Origin: an uncultured delta proteobacterium
GTDB lineage: Bacteria > Desulfobacterota > Binatia > UBA9968
Direction of reading: 5' to 3'
DNA length: 64,000 nt
Assembly (NCBI GenBank): GCA_963737905.1
Contig: CAVTUQ010000021.1
Location: forward strand, 1 to 64,000
Made by a program: the position numbers and the translations under genes. Numbering within the stretch: position 1 is the stretch's first letter; each line of letters starts with the position of its first letter. Shown here piece after piece: positions 49,609 through 58,596 of the stretch. The notes beneath the pieces are model-generated. The model was not told the origin of the DNA. It did no database searches and saw only the letters and a list, made by a program, of their open reading frames with translations.

Positions 49609-50634
49609 TTACTTTCCGTATTTCGCGCTCAGGCGCGAGAAGAATCCTTCGCTTTCCATTTCGGTCAGGATGCTTTTGTCAACGAAATCTGCCGCGCGCT
49701 TGCCGCGCATTTCCGGCATGGTGGGCGATAAGTTTTCGATTTCGGTCTGGATGACCTCTTCCATCGGATAGGGTTTCAGTGGCAGCCCTTCGACAACGTA
49801 ATTCTTGTACAGAACTTCGAGACGGCGCGGATCGTTCTCCCGCATCTGTTTTCGAAAACTTGCCAAGGCGATGCTTTTGTTGTTCTTTCCCAGCCAGATC
49901 GCTTCGCAATACGCCATCATAAAAGCTCGCGCCCGCCGCCGTTGATTCTTGAGAAAATCCCGTTTGGCCGATAGGTCGCTGGCGCTCGTGTAAATTCCGA
50001 GCTCGTTCAAATCCGCCAGCTGCGATAGTTTCAAGCCCTGCGCTTCGGCTTCGTCCAGGTTGTCGGCGCTCACCAAGGTTGCGTCGATCTTCCCCTGGAG
50101 CATGATCATGACTCGTTTATTCGATTCTCCCAACCCGGTGGCAAGAATGCTAACATCCTTTCCGGGGGTAAGACCCAGTTTCACGAGCGCGCGGCGGGTG
50201 GCGAATTCGATGGTGGTTCCGAGGCGGCTGATGCCGATGGTTTTGCCGCGCAACCCTTCCGCCGAGGTGATTCCCGGATGGGCCACCAGCTTCCAGCTAC
50301 CGGGACCGAACGTTCCAATGATAGCCACGGGAAGTCCTTTAGCCGCCGAAACCATCGTCGTCGTGCCGGGTGCCCCGAGAACCTCCACATCTCCCCCCGC
50401 GAGTGCTCCAATCGCCGCGTTGCCGGCAGCGATCACGACCAAATTGACGTGAAGACCGTATTTTTCGAATAGCCCGGCGTCCTTAGCGATCCAAAGCGGG
50501 ATACGGCTGCCAGTGACAGAAGCATAAGAGGCGTTGAGCGTTTCAAGTTGCTGCGCCACCGTAGAGAATGGTGCAATCAGGAGCGCGCCGGCGATTAGAA
50601 TCGCCGCTAGAGTTGAATGCAAGGAGTACATCAT
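49609..50634 (-). CDS. NMT1/SsuA-like solute-binding protein
   Basis: Signal peptide; PLWIAKDAGLFEKYGL, LRGKTIG, G.IDAT. Confidence 0.88.
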   Translation of the reverse strand: MMYSLHSTLAAILIAGALLIAPFSTVAQQLETLNASYASVTGSRIPLWIAKDAGLFEKYGLHVNLVVIAAGNAAIGALAGGDVEVLGAPGTTTMVSAAKGLPVAIIGTFGPGSWKLVAHPGITSAEGLRGKTIGISRLGTTIEFATRRALVKLGLTPGKDVSILATGLGESNKRVMIMLQGKIDATLVSADNLDEAEAQGLKLSQLADLNELGIYTSASDLSAKRDFLKNQRRRARAFMMAYCEAIWLGKNNKSIALASFRKQMRENDPRRLEVLYKNYVVEGLPLKPYPMEEVIQTEIENLSPTMPEMRGKRAADFVDKSILTEMESEGFFSRLSAKYGK

Positions 50635-50647
50635 GTGAGCTCTCTCT

Positions 50648-50752
50648 GGTTCAAAGTTCAATGTTAAAGGTTCAAAGTTAAAGATTAGGCTTCGCGTTTT
50701 ATAAAAGAGCGAAATACGTTGAACATTGAACTTTGAACGTTGAACGTTAAAC
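50648..50752. repeat. Inverted 7-mer arrays (GTTCAAN x5 / TTGAACN x5)
   Basis: Direct reading; can form a long hairpin. Confidence 0.75.
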
Positions 50753-50807
50753 ACACCCCTCGCGACACAGCCTCGTCGTTTCTTACTTTGTACAATAATC
50801 GTCCAGG

Positions 50808-51560
50808 CTAGCTCGCGCCGATGACGAAGTATCTATAGATAATGTCGTGGCGGGTCTCCTGGTTTTCCCAGCGAAAGCGGGCGGCATCCAACGCCTTCTC
50901 CTGTAGCTCCTGCGATACGCAATATTTCTTGAGAATGGCTTCGTTGATATCGCCGTGCTCGTCGTTGGCGTCGCTGTGGACATGGTAAAACTGCAAGGCC
51001 TCCTCAGGCAAGCCATAATGGCGTCTCAAGGCTTCTCCTTCGCTCAACACTCCCTCTTCTCTATGCTCTTCTTTGGGTGTATAGCGCTTCCACATCCGCC
51101 CTTCAGTTGCATACGTCGCGGCGACGCCTTCAAGCCAACCCTGCAGTTTTGCAAAGTTAAAGACGGCATCAACGGTATAACGATAAATCGGCAACACGTC
51201 TTCAAAGCTGTTCATGACATCGCGCGAAATGCCGAGGGCGTCAGAAATCTTGAGCCACATCTCGTAGTGCGGCCCAAGACGGCCCCCTGCGACGTCTTGA
51301 CCTTCTTCGTCGATATACTTTCTCAGCAACATGCGTCGCGCGTCGGGAATCGGGCAGTTGGCGATAATCTGCGCATCTTTGCGATTGATGTTGCATAAAA
51401 AATAATAGCGGTTCTTTGCGTACTCGACGAGCGCCGCTTTAGAAACTTTGCCTTGGCTCAGCACGACCTGCCACGGGTGCGGCTGTTTGATTCGCCCTTC
51501 GCGGACAAATCGCCGCCGCTCTTCCCAAATCTTCGCTATGAATGCTTCCGGCGCCAGCAA
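50808..51560 (-). CDS. PqqC/TenA/CADD-like heme-oxygenase-fold redox protein
   Basis: HPW, NRYY, KDAQIIANCP (PqqC-like); DEE..H, YATE, FYHVHSDANDEH (CADD-like ligands). Confidence 0.8.
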   Translation of the reverse strand: MLAPEAFIAKIWEERRRFVREGRIKQPHPWQVVLSQGKVSKAALVEYAKNRYYFLCNINRKDAQIIANCPIPDARRMLLRKYIDEEGQDVAGGRLGPHYEMWLKISDALGISRDVMNSFEDVLPIYRYTVDAVFNFAKLQGWLEGVAATYATEGRMWKRYTPKEEHREEGVLSEGEALRRHYGLPEEALQFYHVHSDANDEHGDINEAILKKYCVSQELQEKALDAARFRWENQETRHDIIYRYFVIGAS

Positions 51561-51585
51561 CGTGTGATCCGTCTATTATGAAACC

Positions 51586-51619
51586 ATCACTCTAACACTC
51601 CCCTACTCCATCACTCCAA
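51586..51619. repeat. 8-mer tandem repeat (CATCACTC-like x4)
   Basis: CATCACTC TAACACTC CCCTACTC CATCACTC. Confidence 0.6.
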
Positions 51620-51628
51620 GAATCTGCT

Positions 51629-52630
51629 TCAGTATAGACTCCGGAAAAACCCCGTGTCCTCAAACTTTTTGCACAAACTCAAGTCCGCAATCTCATCCGG
51701 CTTCACCTGCGACGCTTTGGCATTGAGCCCGTGCTGGGCCATCAACTTGATCACCGAGGCCACTCCTTCCATTGTCGGGCACGGCTTTTTCGGCAGCTCG
51801 GCAATCATATTTTGATATGCCTTTTCCACTTGCTCTTGCTTGCTGAGTCGCAGGTTGCGGGCGAGGCTCTTAAGGACGATCTCTTTATTGGCGGGCTTGA
51901 GCACAAAGGCGACTCCCTCAACTGTGGCCTTCGCAACATTTTCGACGAGCTGTGGATTTGTTTTCATCAGGCTGCGTGTCACGACCATACCGGATGATTG
52001 AAACGGCACATTCTCCTTCGCCGTGTTCAGTAAAACTCGATAACCCTCGCTGACAACCACTTGGCCAAATTCGGGGGAGAGGCTCGTCGCCTCAACACTA
52101 CCCGATCGCAAAGCGCTCAGTCGCTCCGGCACGCCGCCGACACCGAGCAAGACGATCTGATCGCGACGCGGGTTCAACCCCAAGTAGTCCAGCGCGACGT
52201 AGGTTGCGAGCGATGCCGAACCGGCGGGTGTGCCGATCGCGACTTTCTTGCCTTTGAGCTCTTCCGCGCTCTTGATGTTCGGCCGGGCAATGAAGAGATA
52301 ATCCAAACTGTTTTGCAGGCCGAGGAGCATGACAAAATCGCCACCGGCGGTGTTTGCGTTCACGACATGCGTTGCCCCGACGAACCCCACTGGCACTTGA
52401 CCGGCCAACATCGCTTGCATCGCGCGGCCCGCAATGATGAAAACGAGCTCGGCTTCAATGCCGTATTTGCGAAAAATGCCTTGCTCCTTGGCAATCCACA
52501 GCGGCTCTACGTTGTTGTTGATGGCGCCGTGGGCGATCAGGAGCTTCGTTGGCTCGGCAGCGAAGGAGCGAGAGCCACCAACAGCGAACAGCAAACTAAA
52601 GACCACCACCAGAATTATCCAAAGTTTCAC
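51629..52630 (-). CDS. NMT1/SsuA-like solute-binding protein
   Basis: Signal peptide; PLWIAKEQGIFRKYG, ELKGKKVAI. Confidence 0.88.
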   Translation of the reverse strand: MKLWIILVVVFSLLFAVGGSRSFAAEPTKLLIAHGAINNNVEPLWIAKEQGIFRKYGIEAELVFIIAGRAMQAMLAGQVPVGFVGATHVVNANTAGGDFVMLLGLQNSLDYLFIARPNIKSAEELKGKKVAIGTPAGSASLATYVALDYLGLNPRRDQIVLLGVGGVPERLSALRSGSVEATSLSPEFGQVVVSEGYRVLLNTAKENVPFQSSGMVVTRSLMKTNPQLVENVAKATVEGVAFVLKPANKEIVLKSLARNLRLSKQEQVEKAYQNMIAELPKKPCPTMEGVASVIKLMAQHGLNAKASQVKPDEIADLSLCKKFEDTGFFRSLY

Positions 52631-52654
52631 TAGGTATATCTCCTATTCCTTTTG

Positions 52655-52694
52655 CCTCCTCTCCCTTGACGGGAGAGGAATGAGGTGAGGGTGA
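52655..52694. repeat. REP-like hairpin (CCCTCACC..CCTCTCCC....GGGAGAGG family)
   Basis: CCTCTCCC-TTGAC-GGGAGAGG; related partial copy at 49577-49607. Confidence 0.55.
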
Positions 52695-52703
52695 AAGACT
52701 AGT

Positions 52704-53069
52704 CTACGCCTTCCAGCCGTGCACCGAAACATCGACAGATTGCCCTGAGGGATCGTGAACCCCCACTTCAGCGAAACGACCATCTCGGGGCTTCTTCGCC
52801 GCGTCGCCTTGGGCGCCCGCAGCACCGGCGGTCTTTAGAGTTCCTTCCATATCTTCCACTTGAAAGCCGAAGTGGTCGATCCCTTCGCGCCCGCCGCGCG
52901 CCGGTAGGACCGCCATGTTAATGTAGCCGTCAGTGAGATAGATCGCCCGTTTGCCATCGTCCCGCACTGGCCCGCGCCAGGCCTCGGTCATGCCGAACGT
53001 CTCCTTATAGAAAGTCGCAGCTTTCTCCTGATCTTCGACCTTGATCGCGATATGTCTGATCTTCGCCAT
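52704..53069 (-). CDS. VOC/glyoxalase family protein
   Basis: IRHIAI.V.D...A..FY, GIDHFGF.V; AGGAGGAG RBS. Confidence 0.88.
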   Translation of the reverse strand: MAKIRHIAIKVEDQEKAATFYKETFGMTEAWRGPVRDDGKRAIYLTDGYINMAVLPARGGREGIDHFGFQVEDMEGTLKTAGAAGAQGDAAKKPRDGRFAEVGVHDPSGQSVDVSVHGWKA

Positions 53070-53082
53070 GTTCTCCTCCTTT

Positions 53083-54066
53083 TTATCTATAAAGTTTGTC
53101 AACGAAACCGTTTTTCTTAAGCTCGTCCAAAAATGTGGTGTTTAGGAAAGCCGCCGGGCTTACGGATTTCGGAGCACCGATTTGATCCAACTCCGCGCGT
53201 AGCGCTTCTTCATCCGGATCCGGGACGGATCTCAACCCCTCGCGAAAGTCGTCCAACCACGTGGCGAGATTCTCTTCGCTGAGACCGCGCATGTATTTTT
53301 GGTAAATACGGATGGTCCCGGCTTTGTTGGTCTTGACGTAATGAATTGCTTCGACGTAGGCCTGTACAACGCGCAGCACGGCGCCGCGATCGGCTTTAAT
53401 TTTTCGCTCGGTGGTGCTGAGCGGTCCATCCACTCCTTTGAACCCAAGCTCGCGCGCGCTCGCGCCTTTCAACGGGCGTGCTATTCCGCGAAAGACCAGC
53501 ATCATGCCCGATTCCCCGAGCACGCAGACTTCGATCCTGCCGGCCTCCAGTGCCTGAGAGACCCCCGGTGTCCCGCCCATTTGCAGGATGGTGACGTCCG
53601 TCTCCCTTAGACCGGCTTTCTTCAGCGCTGAACGGAAAAAGGTGTCTCCAGCGGATCCGTATTGCGTGACGCCAACGAGCTTGCCTTTCAACTCGCTCAG
53701 GTTTTGAACGGCGGAGTTCTTTCTCACGAAAACTCGCTGCGACGGATAACTGGAGAGCCCTGCCAGCATAACGACATCGGCACCTTGCATTCGCGCTCGC
53801 AACGCCGCCGGACTACCCGCGACCGCGTAGTCCAAATCACCCGCAATCAAAGCCTGCACCGTTCGCGGTGTGCCCGGGATCAGCACGATATCAGCGGTGA
53901 ATCCATACTTTGCGAGGATTCCAGAATCCTTCGCTACCCAAAACAGGCCCTGGCTGGGATTGATGGCGACGTGAGCGAGGGTCAACTTCTCCGCGAAAAC
54001 CGGAAACGCCGCTGATGTCAATAACAACAAGAGCGGCGGGAGCCAAAAAACTTTTATTTTTGCCAC
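53083..54066 (-). CDS. NMT1/SsuA-like solute-binding protein (start may be ATG 54076 with a homopolymer indel)
   Basis: Signal peptide; FWVAKDSG, ELKGKLVGVTQYGS. Confidence 0.88.
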   Translation of the reverse strand: MAKIKVFWLPPLLLLLTSAAFPVFAEKLTLAHVAINPSQGLFWVAKDSGILAKYGFTADIVLIPGTPRTVQALIAGDLDYAVAGSPAALRARMQGADVVMLAGLSSYPSQRVFVRKNSAVQNLSELKGKLVGVTQYGSAGDTFFRSALKKAGLRETDVTILQMGGTPGVSQALEAGRIEVCVLGESGMMLVFRGIARPLKGASARELGFKGVDGPLSTTERKIKADRGAVLRVVQAYVEAIHYVKTNKAGTIRIYQKYMRGLSEENLATWLDDFREGLRSVPDPDEEALRAELDQIGAPKSVSPAAFLNTTFLDELKKNGFVDKLYR

Positions 54067-54216
54067 GAACTCTCATTTACTTCCCTCATCGTTTCCTGTC
54101 AACGGCAGCAGTCCCTCTCGAGGCGTCCCCGCGGGGCGCCCGGCCTGAATAGACAGAGTGTTGGTGATGATCCAGCTTGACCGAAGGGCCACACCTGTCA
54201 TACGAAGGAGGGGAGC

Positions 54217-54246
54217 GATATATTGTGGTATATCAGTAGTATATCA
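54217..54246. promoter_or_regulatory. Candidate GntR-type operator in the SBP/cupin divergon
   Basis: GATATA-N6-TATATC palindrome; TGGTATATCA and TAGTATATCA direct repeats. Confidence 0.4.
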
Positions 54247-54260
54247 AAGGAGGAAATGTT

Positions 54261-54734
54261 ATGCCCCTACACGTCAAGAGCACGGATGTGCTGGAATACA
54301 ATCGAGTTCAGAGCGGTGCAGCGGGAACCGGATCGATGGTTGTCAGGAAGGGCTATGGCAATGAGTGCAGCCTCATGATCGCCACCCGTGCGCCCGGATA
54401 TCACACCAAGCCCCACCAGCACGAGTCGGAGCAGATCAATTATGTTATGGACGGTGAGATTTGGTTCTTTGTCGAGGACAAGGGTTTTCATTGCAAGAAG
54501 GGCGATTTTCAGCGGATCCCCGCCAACACCATACACTGGGCATGGAACCGCTCCGATAAAGATGCGACTGTCGCAGAAGCCCATGCGCCGGGACTCATCG
54601 GTGGTCGCGCTGGCGACAATGCCACGGCGTTGTTCGATGAAGGCGAAACGCCGCAAGTGCGTGGCCCAGGCGTTAACCAGTTTGTTCCCTACGATCAGGA
54701 GAAGGCCGAGGCTCAGTACTTCTGGGTAGCATAA
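54261..54734 (+). CDS. Cupin domain protein
   Basis: PHQHESEQINY and GDFQRIPANTIH metal motifs; AGGAGG RBS. Confidence 0.88.
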   Translation: MPLHVKSTDVLEYNRVQSGAAGTGSMVVRKGYGNECSLMIATRAPGYHTKPHQHESEQINYVMDGEIWFFVEDKGFHCKKGDFQRIPANTIHWAWNRSDKDATVAEAHAPGLIGGRAGDNATALFDEGETPQVRGPGVNQFVPYDQEKAEAQYFWVA

Positions 54735-54740
54735 GGCGTT

Positions 54741-54880
54741 TAGCTTATAGCAGATGGCATATGGCTTATGGCGTATGGTAAATAGCGGAACCAGAAAACC
54801 GGCTCTTACAACTCATCGCCACATGCTATCTGTTCGCTCCTTGGTTCCCTGCTATATGCCATAAGCTATAAGCCATTTGC
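54741..54880. repeat. Inverted 7-mer arrays (TATGGCN / GCCATAN)
   Basis: TAGCTTA TAGCAGA TGGCATA TGGCTTA ... GCTATAT GCCATAA GCTATAA GCCATTT. Confidence 0.7.
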
Positions 54881-54896
54881 ACAACGAGCTAAAGCC

Positions 54897-55874
54897 ATGG
54901 CCCGTGCCAAGATCATATCCACCGTAATCTTGTGTTTTATGGCGTTTCGGGCCGAGGCGCCATTGTTTGCGCAGGAGCTTCGGCGCATCAATTACGGAAC
55001 CACGACCTCTTCGGCACACTTGCCGGTTTGGGTGGCAAAGGACGCGGGATTGTTTTCTCAAGCCGGACTCAACGTAGAGCCGGTTCAGATCCGCGGCGGA
55101 GCGTTGATTACGATGGCAATCATAAGCGGGAATCTACAGTTCTCCGGCGCGGGAGCGGAGTCTGTAGTTGCCGCGCGCATCGAGGGAGGCGACGTGGTAC
55201 TGCTCGCCTGTCCCGTAGATTCCGATCCGGTTTACTTGATTACCCGGCCCGAGATCAAATCGGCGGCGGAGCTCAAAGGCAAGGCCACCGCAGTTACACG
55301 CCTGGGCTCAACGACTCACTTCTACTTGAGAGCAGCCCTGCGCCAGGTCGGTCTAGACCCGGAAAAAGACATGATCATTCTCCAGTTGGGCGGCGGCAGC
55401 GAAACGGTAAGCGCAATGGAGAGCGGCCGGGTGGCGGCGGCAGCCCTTACCAACCGCTATGCCATCCCGCTCCTACAACGCGGCTGGCCCATGCTTGTGG
55501 ATCTAAGCACCACCGACATGGTTTATCCTTCGTCTTGCGTCGCCAGCAGTCGCGCTTTCGTAAAGACCGAACCGAAACTCGTGGAAGATTTCTTGCGCGC
55601 TTATGTCAGTGGAATTCAGCTGATCAAAAAGGACCCAGGCTTTGCGGAGAAATCTCTGGCCAAGTGGCTCAGAGAAAAGGATCAGGTGGTGGTGAAGAAA
55701 ACGGTCGAAGCTTATGGCAAACTATTCAAGGCAGCCCCCTACGTCCCGGACAAAGGTATTGAGAACGTCATGAAAGATCTAGCGAACCGACGTAACGTGC
55801 CAAAGGAATTTATCGGACACTTTGAGCTGTTCCGTGATAATGGGCCTTTAGAGAAAGCCCTCTCGCGATCATGA
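54897..55874 (+). CDS. NMT1/SsuA-like solute-binding protein, paralogue 1
   Basis: Signal peptide; LPVWVAKDAG, ELKGK. Confidence 0.88.
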   Translation: MARAKIISTVILCFMAFRAEAPLFAQELRRINYGTTTSSAHLPVWVAKDAGLFSQAGLNVEPVQIRGGALITMAIISGNLQFSGAGAESVVAARIEGGDVVLLACPVDSDPVYLITRPEIKSAAELKGKATAVTRLGSTTHFYLRAALRQVGLDPEKDMIILQLGGGSETVSAMESGRVAAAALTNRYAIPLLQRGWPMLVDLSTTDMVYPSSCVASSRAFVKTEPKLVEDFLRAYVSGIQLIKKDPGFAEKSLAKWLREKDQVVVKKTVEAYGKLFKAAPYVPDKGIENVMKDLANRRNVPKEFIGHFELFRDNGPLEKALSRS

Positions 55875-56845
55875 ATCGACATAGCTTGATAACTCTGATA
55901 GCTACCATTTGCGCCCTGCTTTTGGCGCAACCACCCGCGCCGGCGCAAGAGCTCCGCCGCATTCACTACGGCACTTCGGTTTCCATCTCCCATCTGCCGG
56001 TCTGGGTTGCGAAGGACGCAGGATTCTTCGCCAAAAAGGGGTTGAATGTCGAGCCGGTGCAAATCCGGGGCGGCGCTTTGATCACGATGGGGATCATGAG
56101 CGGTCAACTCCAGTTCTCGGGCGCGGGAGCGGAATCGGTGGTCGCCGCCCGCATCGAAGGCGGCGACGTTGTGCTGCTCGCCTGCCCGAGCAATCTGGAA
56201 CCCATCTATCTCATCACTCGTCCCGAGATAAAATCGGCGGCCGAGCTCAAGGGCAAGTCCAGCGCCGTAACGCGCCTCGGTTCGTCAACGCACTTTTATT
56301 TGCGAGCCGCTTTGAGAAATGTCGGCCTCGATTCTGAAAAGGACATAACGATCTTGCAGCTGGGCGCAGGGCCTGAAATGGCGACGGCGTTGGAGAGCGG
56401 AAGAATCGCCGTTGCGGCATTGAACATCCGCTACGCCATACCGTTCTTGCGGCGAAACTGGCCCGTGCTCGTTGACTTGACCAAGACCGATCTCGTTTAT
56501 CCCTCGTCATGCGTCACCAGCAGCCGCGCCTTCGTCAAATCCGAGCCTCGCGTCGTCGAGGATTTCCTGAGCGGCTATGTCGCGGGAATTCAACTGATCA
56601 AAAAGGATCCTGGTTTCGCCGAACGGTCGCTTATGAAATGGACGCGGGAGACGGATTCTTACGTTGTCACCAAGTCAGTCGAAGCCCATGGGCGCATTTT
56701 TAAAATGCCACCCTATGTGCCGGATAAAGGCATCGAGAACGTGGTGAAGGACTTGGCAAGCCGTCGTAATGTGCCCAAAGAATTTATTGGTCGCCCGGAG
56801 CTTTTTCGTGATAACGTGCCGTTGGACCGAGCTCTATCACGATAA
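55871..56845 (+). CDS. NMT1/SsuA-like solute-binding protein, paralogue 2
   Basis: Closely similar to its neighbours; ATGA overlap. Confidence 0.88.
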   Translation: MNRHSLITLIATICALLLAQPPAPAQELRRIHYGTSVSISHLPVWVAKDAGFFAKKGLNVEPVQIRGGALITMGIMSGQLQFSGAGAESVVAARIEGGDVVLLACPSNLEPIYLITRPEIKSAAELKGKSSAVTRLGSSTHFYLRAALRNVGLDSEKDITILQLGAGPEMATALESGRIAVAALNIRYAIPFLRRNWPVLVDLTKTDLVYPSSCVTSSRAFVKSEPRVVEDFLSGYVAGIQLIKKDPGFAERSLMKWTRETDSYVVTKSVEAHGRIFKMPPYVPDKGIENVVKDLASRRNVPKEFIGRPELFRDNVPLDRALSR

Positions 56846-57822
56846 TGATGCGCCAGCGTCTACTATTGCTCTTCGCGGCCCTGTGCGCGTTATGGTGGCC
56901 ACACCAGCAAGCGCACAGTCAGGAACTTAGACGGATTCTTTACGGCACCACCGCATCGCCCTCGCAATTACCGGTCTGGGTTGCCAAAGACGCAGGATAC
57001 TTTGAGAAACAAGGCCTTGACGTTGAGCCCGTGCAAATCCGCGGCGGCTCGCTCATAACAGTTGCGATTCTAACAGGGAATTTGCAGTTTTCCGGCGCCG
57101 GCGCCGAATCTGTAGTGGCGGCCCGCGCTGCAGGCGGTGAAATCGTCTTGCTTGCCTGTCCTGTCGACGTGGATCCTGTCTACTTGATCACCCGCCCCGA
57201 GATCAAATCAGCCGCAGAACTCAAAGGCAAGCCGGCCGGAATCACTCGTTATGGCTCGACGACCCATTTCTATCTTCGTACCGCACTAAAGCATATTGGT
57301 CTCGACCCCGAGCGAGACATACTTATTTTGCAACTGGGCGCTGGACCGGAGATGGTCGCCGCCCTCCACAACGGGTCGATTGCCGCAGCCGCTTTAACCC
57401 ACCGCTATGCGCTCCCGTTCTTGGAGCGCGGTTGGCCAGTTCTCGTCGATCTCAGCAAGACCGATCTAGTCTATCCCTCTTCCTGCGTCACCAGCAGTCG
57501 CGACTTCATCAAGGCGGAACCGGTGGTCGTACAGAATTTTCTCAGGGGATATGTCGCCGGCATCAACCGAATCAAAAAGGACCACGGCTTTGCGGAGAAG
57601 TCTTTCGCCAAATGGATGCGTGAGAAGGACCGGGGGGTCGTCAAAAAAACCGTTGCAACCTATGCGCGGCTCTATAAATCGGCACCCTACGTTCCCGACA
57701 AGGGAATTGAAAATGTCCTGAAAGACATGGTGGTTAAAAGGCCCGAATTCAAGCAATATCTAGGTTGGCCTGAATTCTTCCGGGAGAACAAGCCGCTGGA
57801 AACCGTCCTACGGGAAAAATAG
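56845..57822 (+). CDS. NMT1/SsuA-like solute-binding protein, paralogue 3
   Basis: Closely similar to its neighbours; TAATG overlap. Confidence 0.88.
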   Translation: MMRQRLLLLFAALCALWWPHQQAHSQELRRILYGTTASPSQLPVWVAKDAGYFEKQGLDVEPVQIRGGSLITVAILTGNLQFSGAGAESVVAARAAGGEIVLLACPVDVDPVYLITRPEIKSAAELKGKPAGITRYGSTTHFYLRTALKHIGLDPERDILILQLGAGPEMVAALHNGSIAAAALTHRYALPFLERGWPVLVDLSKTDLVYPSSCVTSSRDFIKAEPVVVQNFLRGYVAGINRIKKDHGFAEKSFAKWMREKDRGVVKKTVATYARLYKSAPYVPDKGIENVLKDMVVKRPEFKQYLGWPEFFRENKPLETVLREK

Positions 57823-57886
57823 CTACTGCCGATTTGCCACAAAGGCCTAGCGCTACCGGAGCCGCAACGCAAAGTCAAAAGACGAT

Positions 57887-57981
57887 TTACCGCAAAGAAC
57901 GCGAAGGCGTAAAACGCATTGTCAGTGTCGCGTTGGGAAAAGGCAAATCTGACTTTTGCGTCCAATGCGTTCTATGCGGTT
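57887..57981. repeat. Palindromic 9-mer element ACCGCAAAGAACGC...GCGTTCTATGCGGT
   Basis: Same family as 58419-58490 and 58529-58596. Confidence 0.7.
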
Positions 57982-58004
57982 CGAATTTCTTTTTTCAACG
58001 GCCT

Positions 58005-58373
58005 CTAACGCATTTCAAGAAACTCTAAGCGTACCCCTTCCGGCCCCTCAAAGAAACAGACCTTGCGTCCGTCCGGTAGTACCCGTTCTTCAAGTACCTT
58101 GATACCATCAGCCTTGATCTTCGCCACTTCACCCGCGAAGTTATCGGTATCGATGGCGACATGTTCGAGACCGTAGAACTGTCCCAACTTCTGTTCTGCC
58201 AGAAATTCTGTCACGTTCAGCTCAACCCCGTGCAGATTAAGACGAAAACTCTTCCGGCCGTTTGGCAGAGCCCGCTCCGAAACGATCTTGGCACCGACAT
58301 ATTTGACGTACCAGTCTACCGTCTTCTGCGGATCCGGCGTCTTGAGATGGAGATGATTGATCTTGAAAGCCAT
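58005..58373 (-). CDS. VOC/glyoxalase family protein
   Basis: INHLHL..D, GLEHVAI, FFEGPEGVRLEF. Confidence 0.9.
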   Translation of the reverse strand: MAFKINHLHLKTPDPQKTVDWYVKYVGAKIVSERALPNGRKSFRLNLHGVELNVTEFLAEQKLGQFYGLEHVAIDTDNFAGEVAKIKADGIKVLEERVLPDGRKVCFFEGPEGVRLEFLEMR

Positions 58374-58418
58374 AGTGTCCTCCTTTTGCGCATTTGATTA
58401 ATAGTGACACCAATTTAC

Positions 58419-58596
58419 TAACCGCAAAGAACGCAAAGGTTATAGAAAAATTATTTCTGCCTTTGTGCGCTTTGCGTTCTATGTGGTTAACCTTCTTTCG
58501 TAATTCCGCTCCCTTACTAGTCGGATTATTAACCGCAAAGAACGCAAAGATCACATAGAAAATCTCCTTTTGAGTTCTTGGCGCCCTTTGCGGTTA
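58419..58596. repeat. Two palindromic elements TAACCGCAAAGAACGCAAAG...TGYGGTTA
   Basis: Identical 20-bp left ends at 58419 and 58530. Confidence 0.75.

Noticed and set aside
50635-50754. N-terminal extension of the 49609 ORF
   Set aside because: It translates the heptamer repeats; the signal peptide starts at ATG 50634
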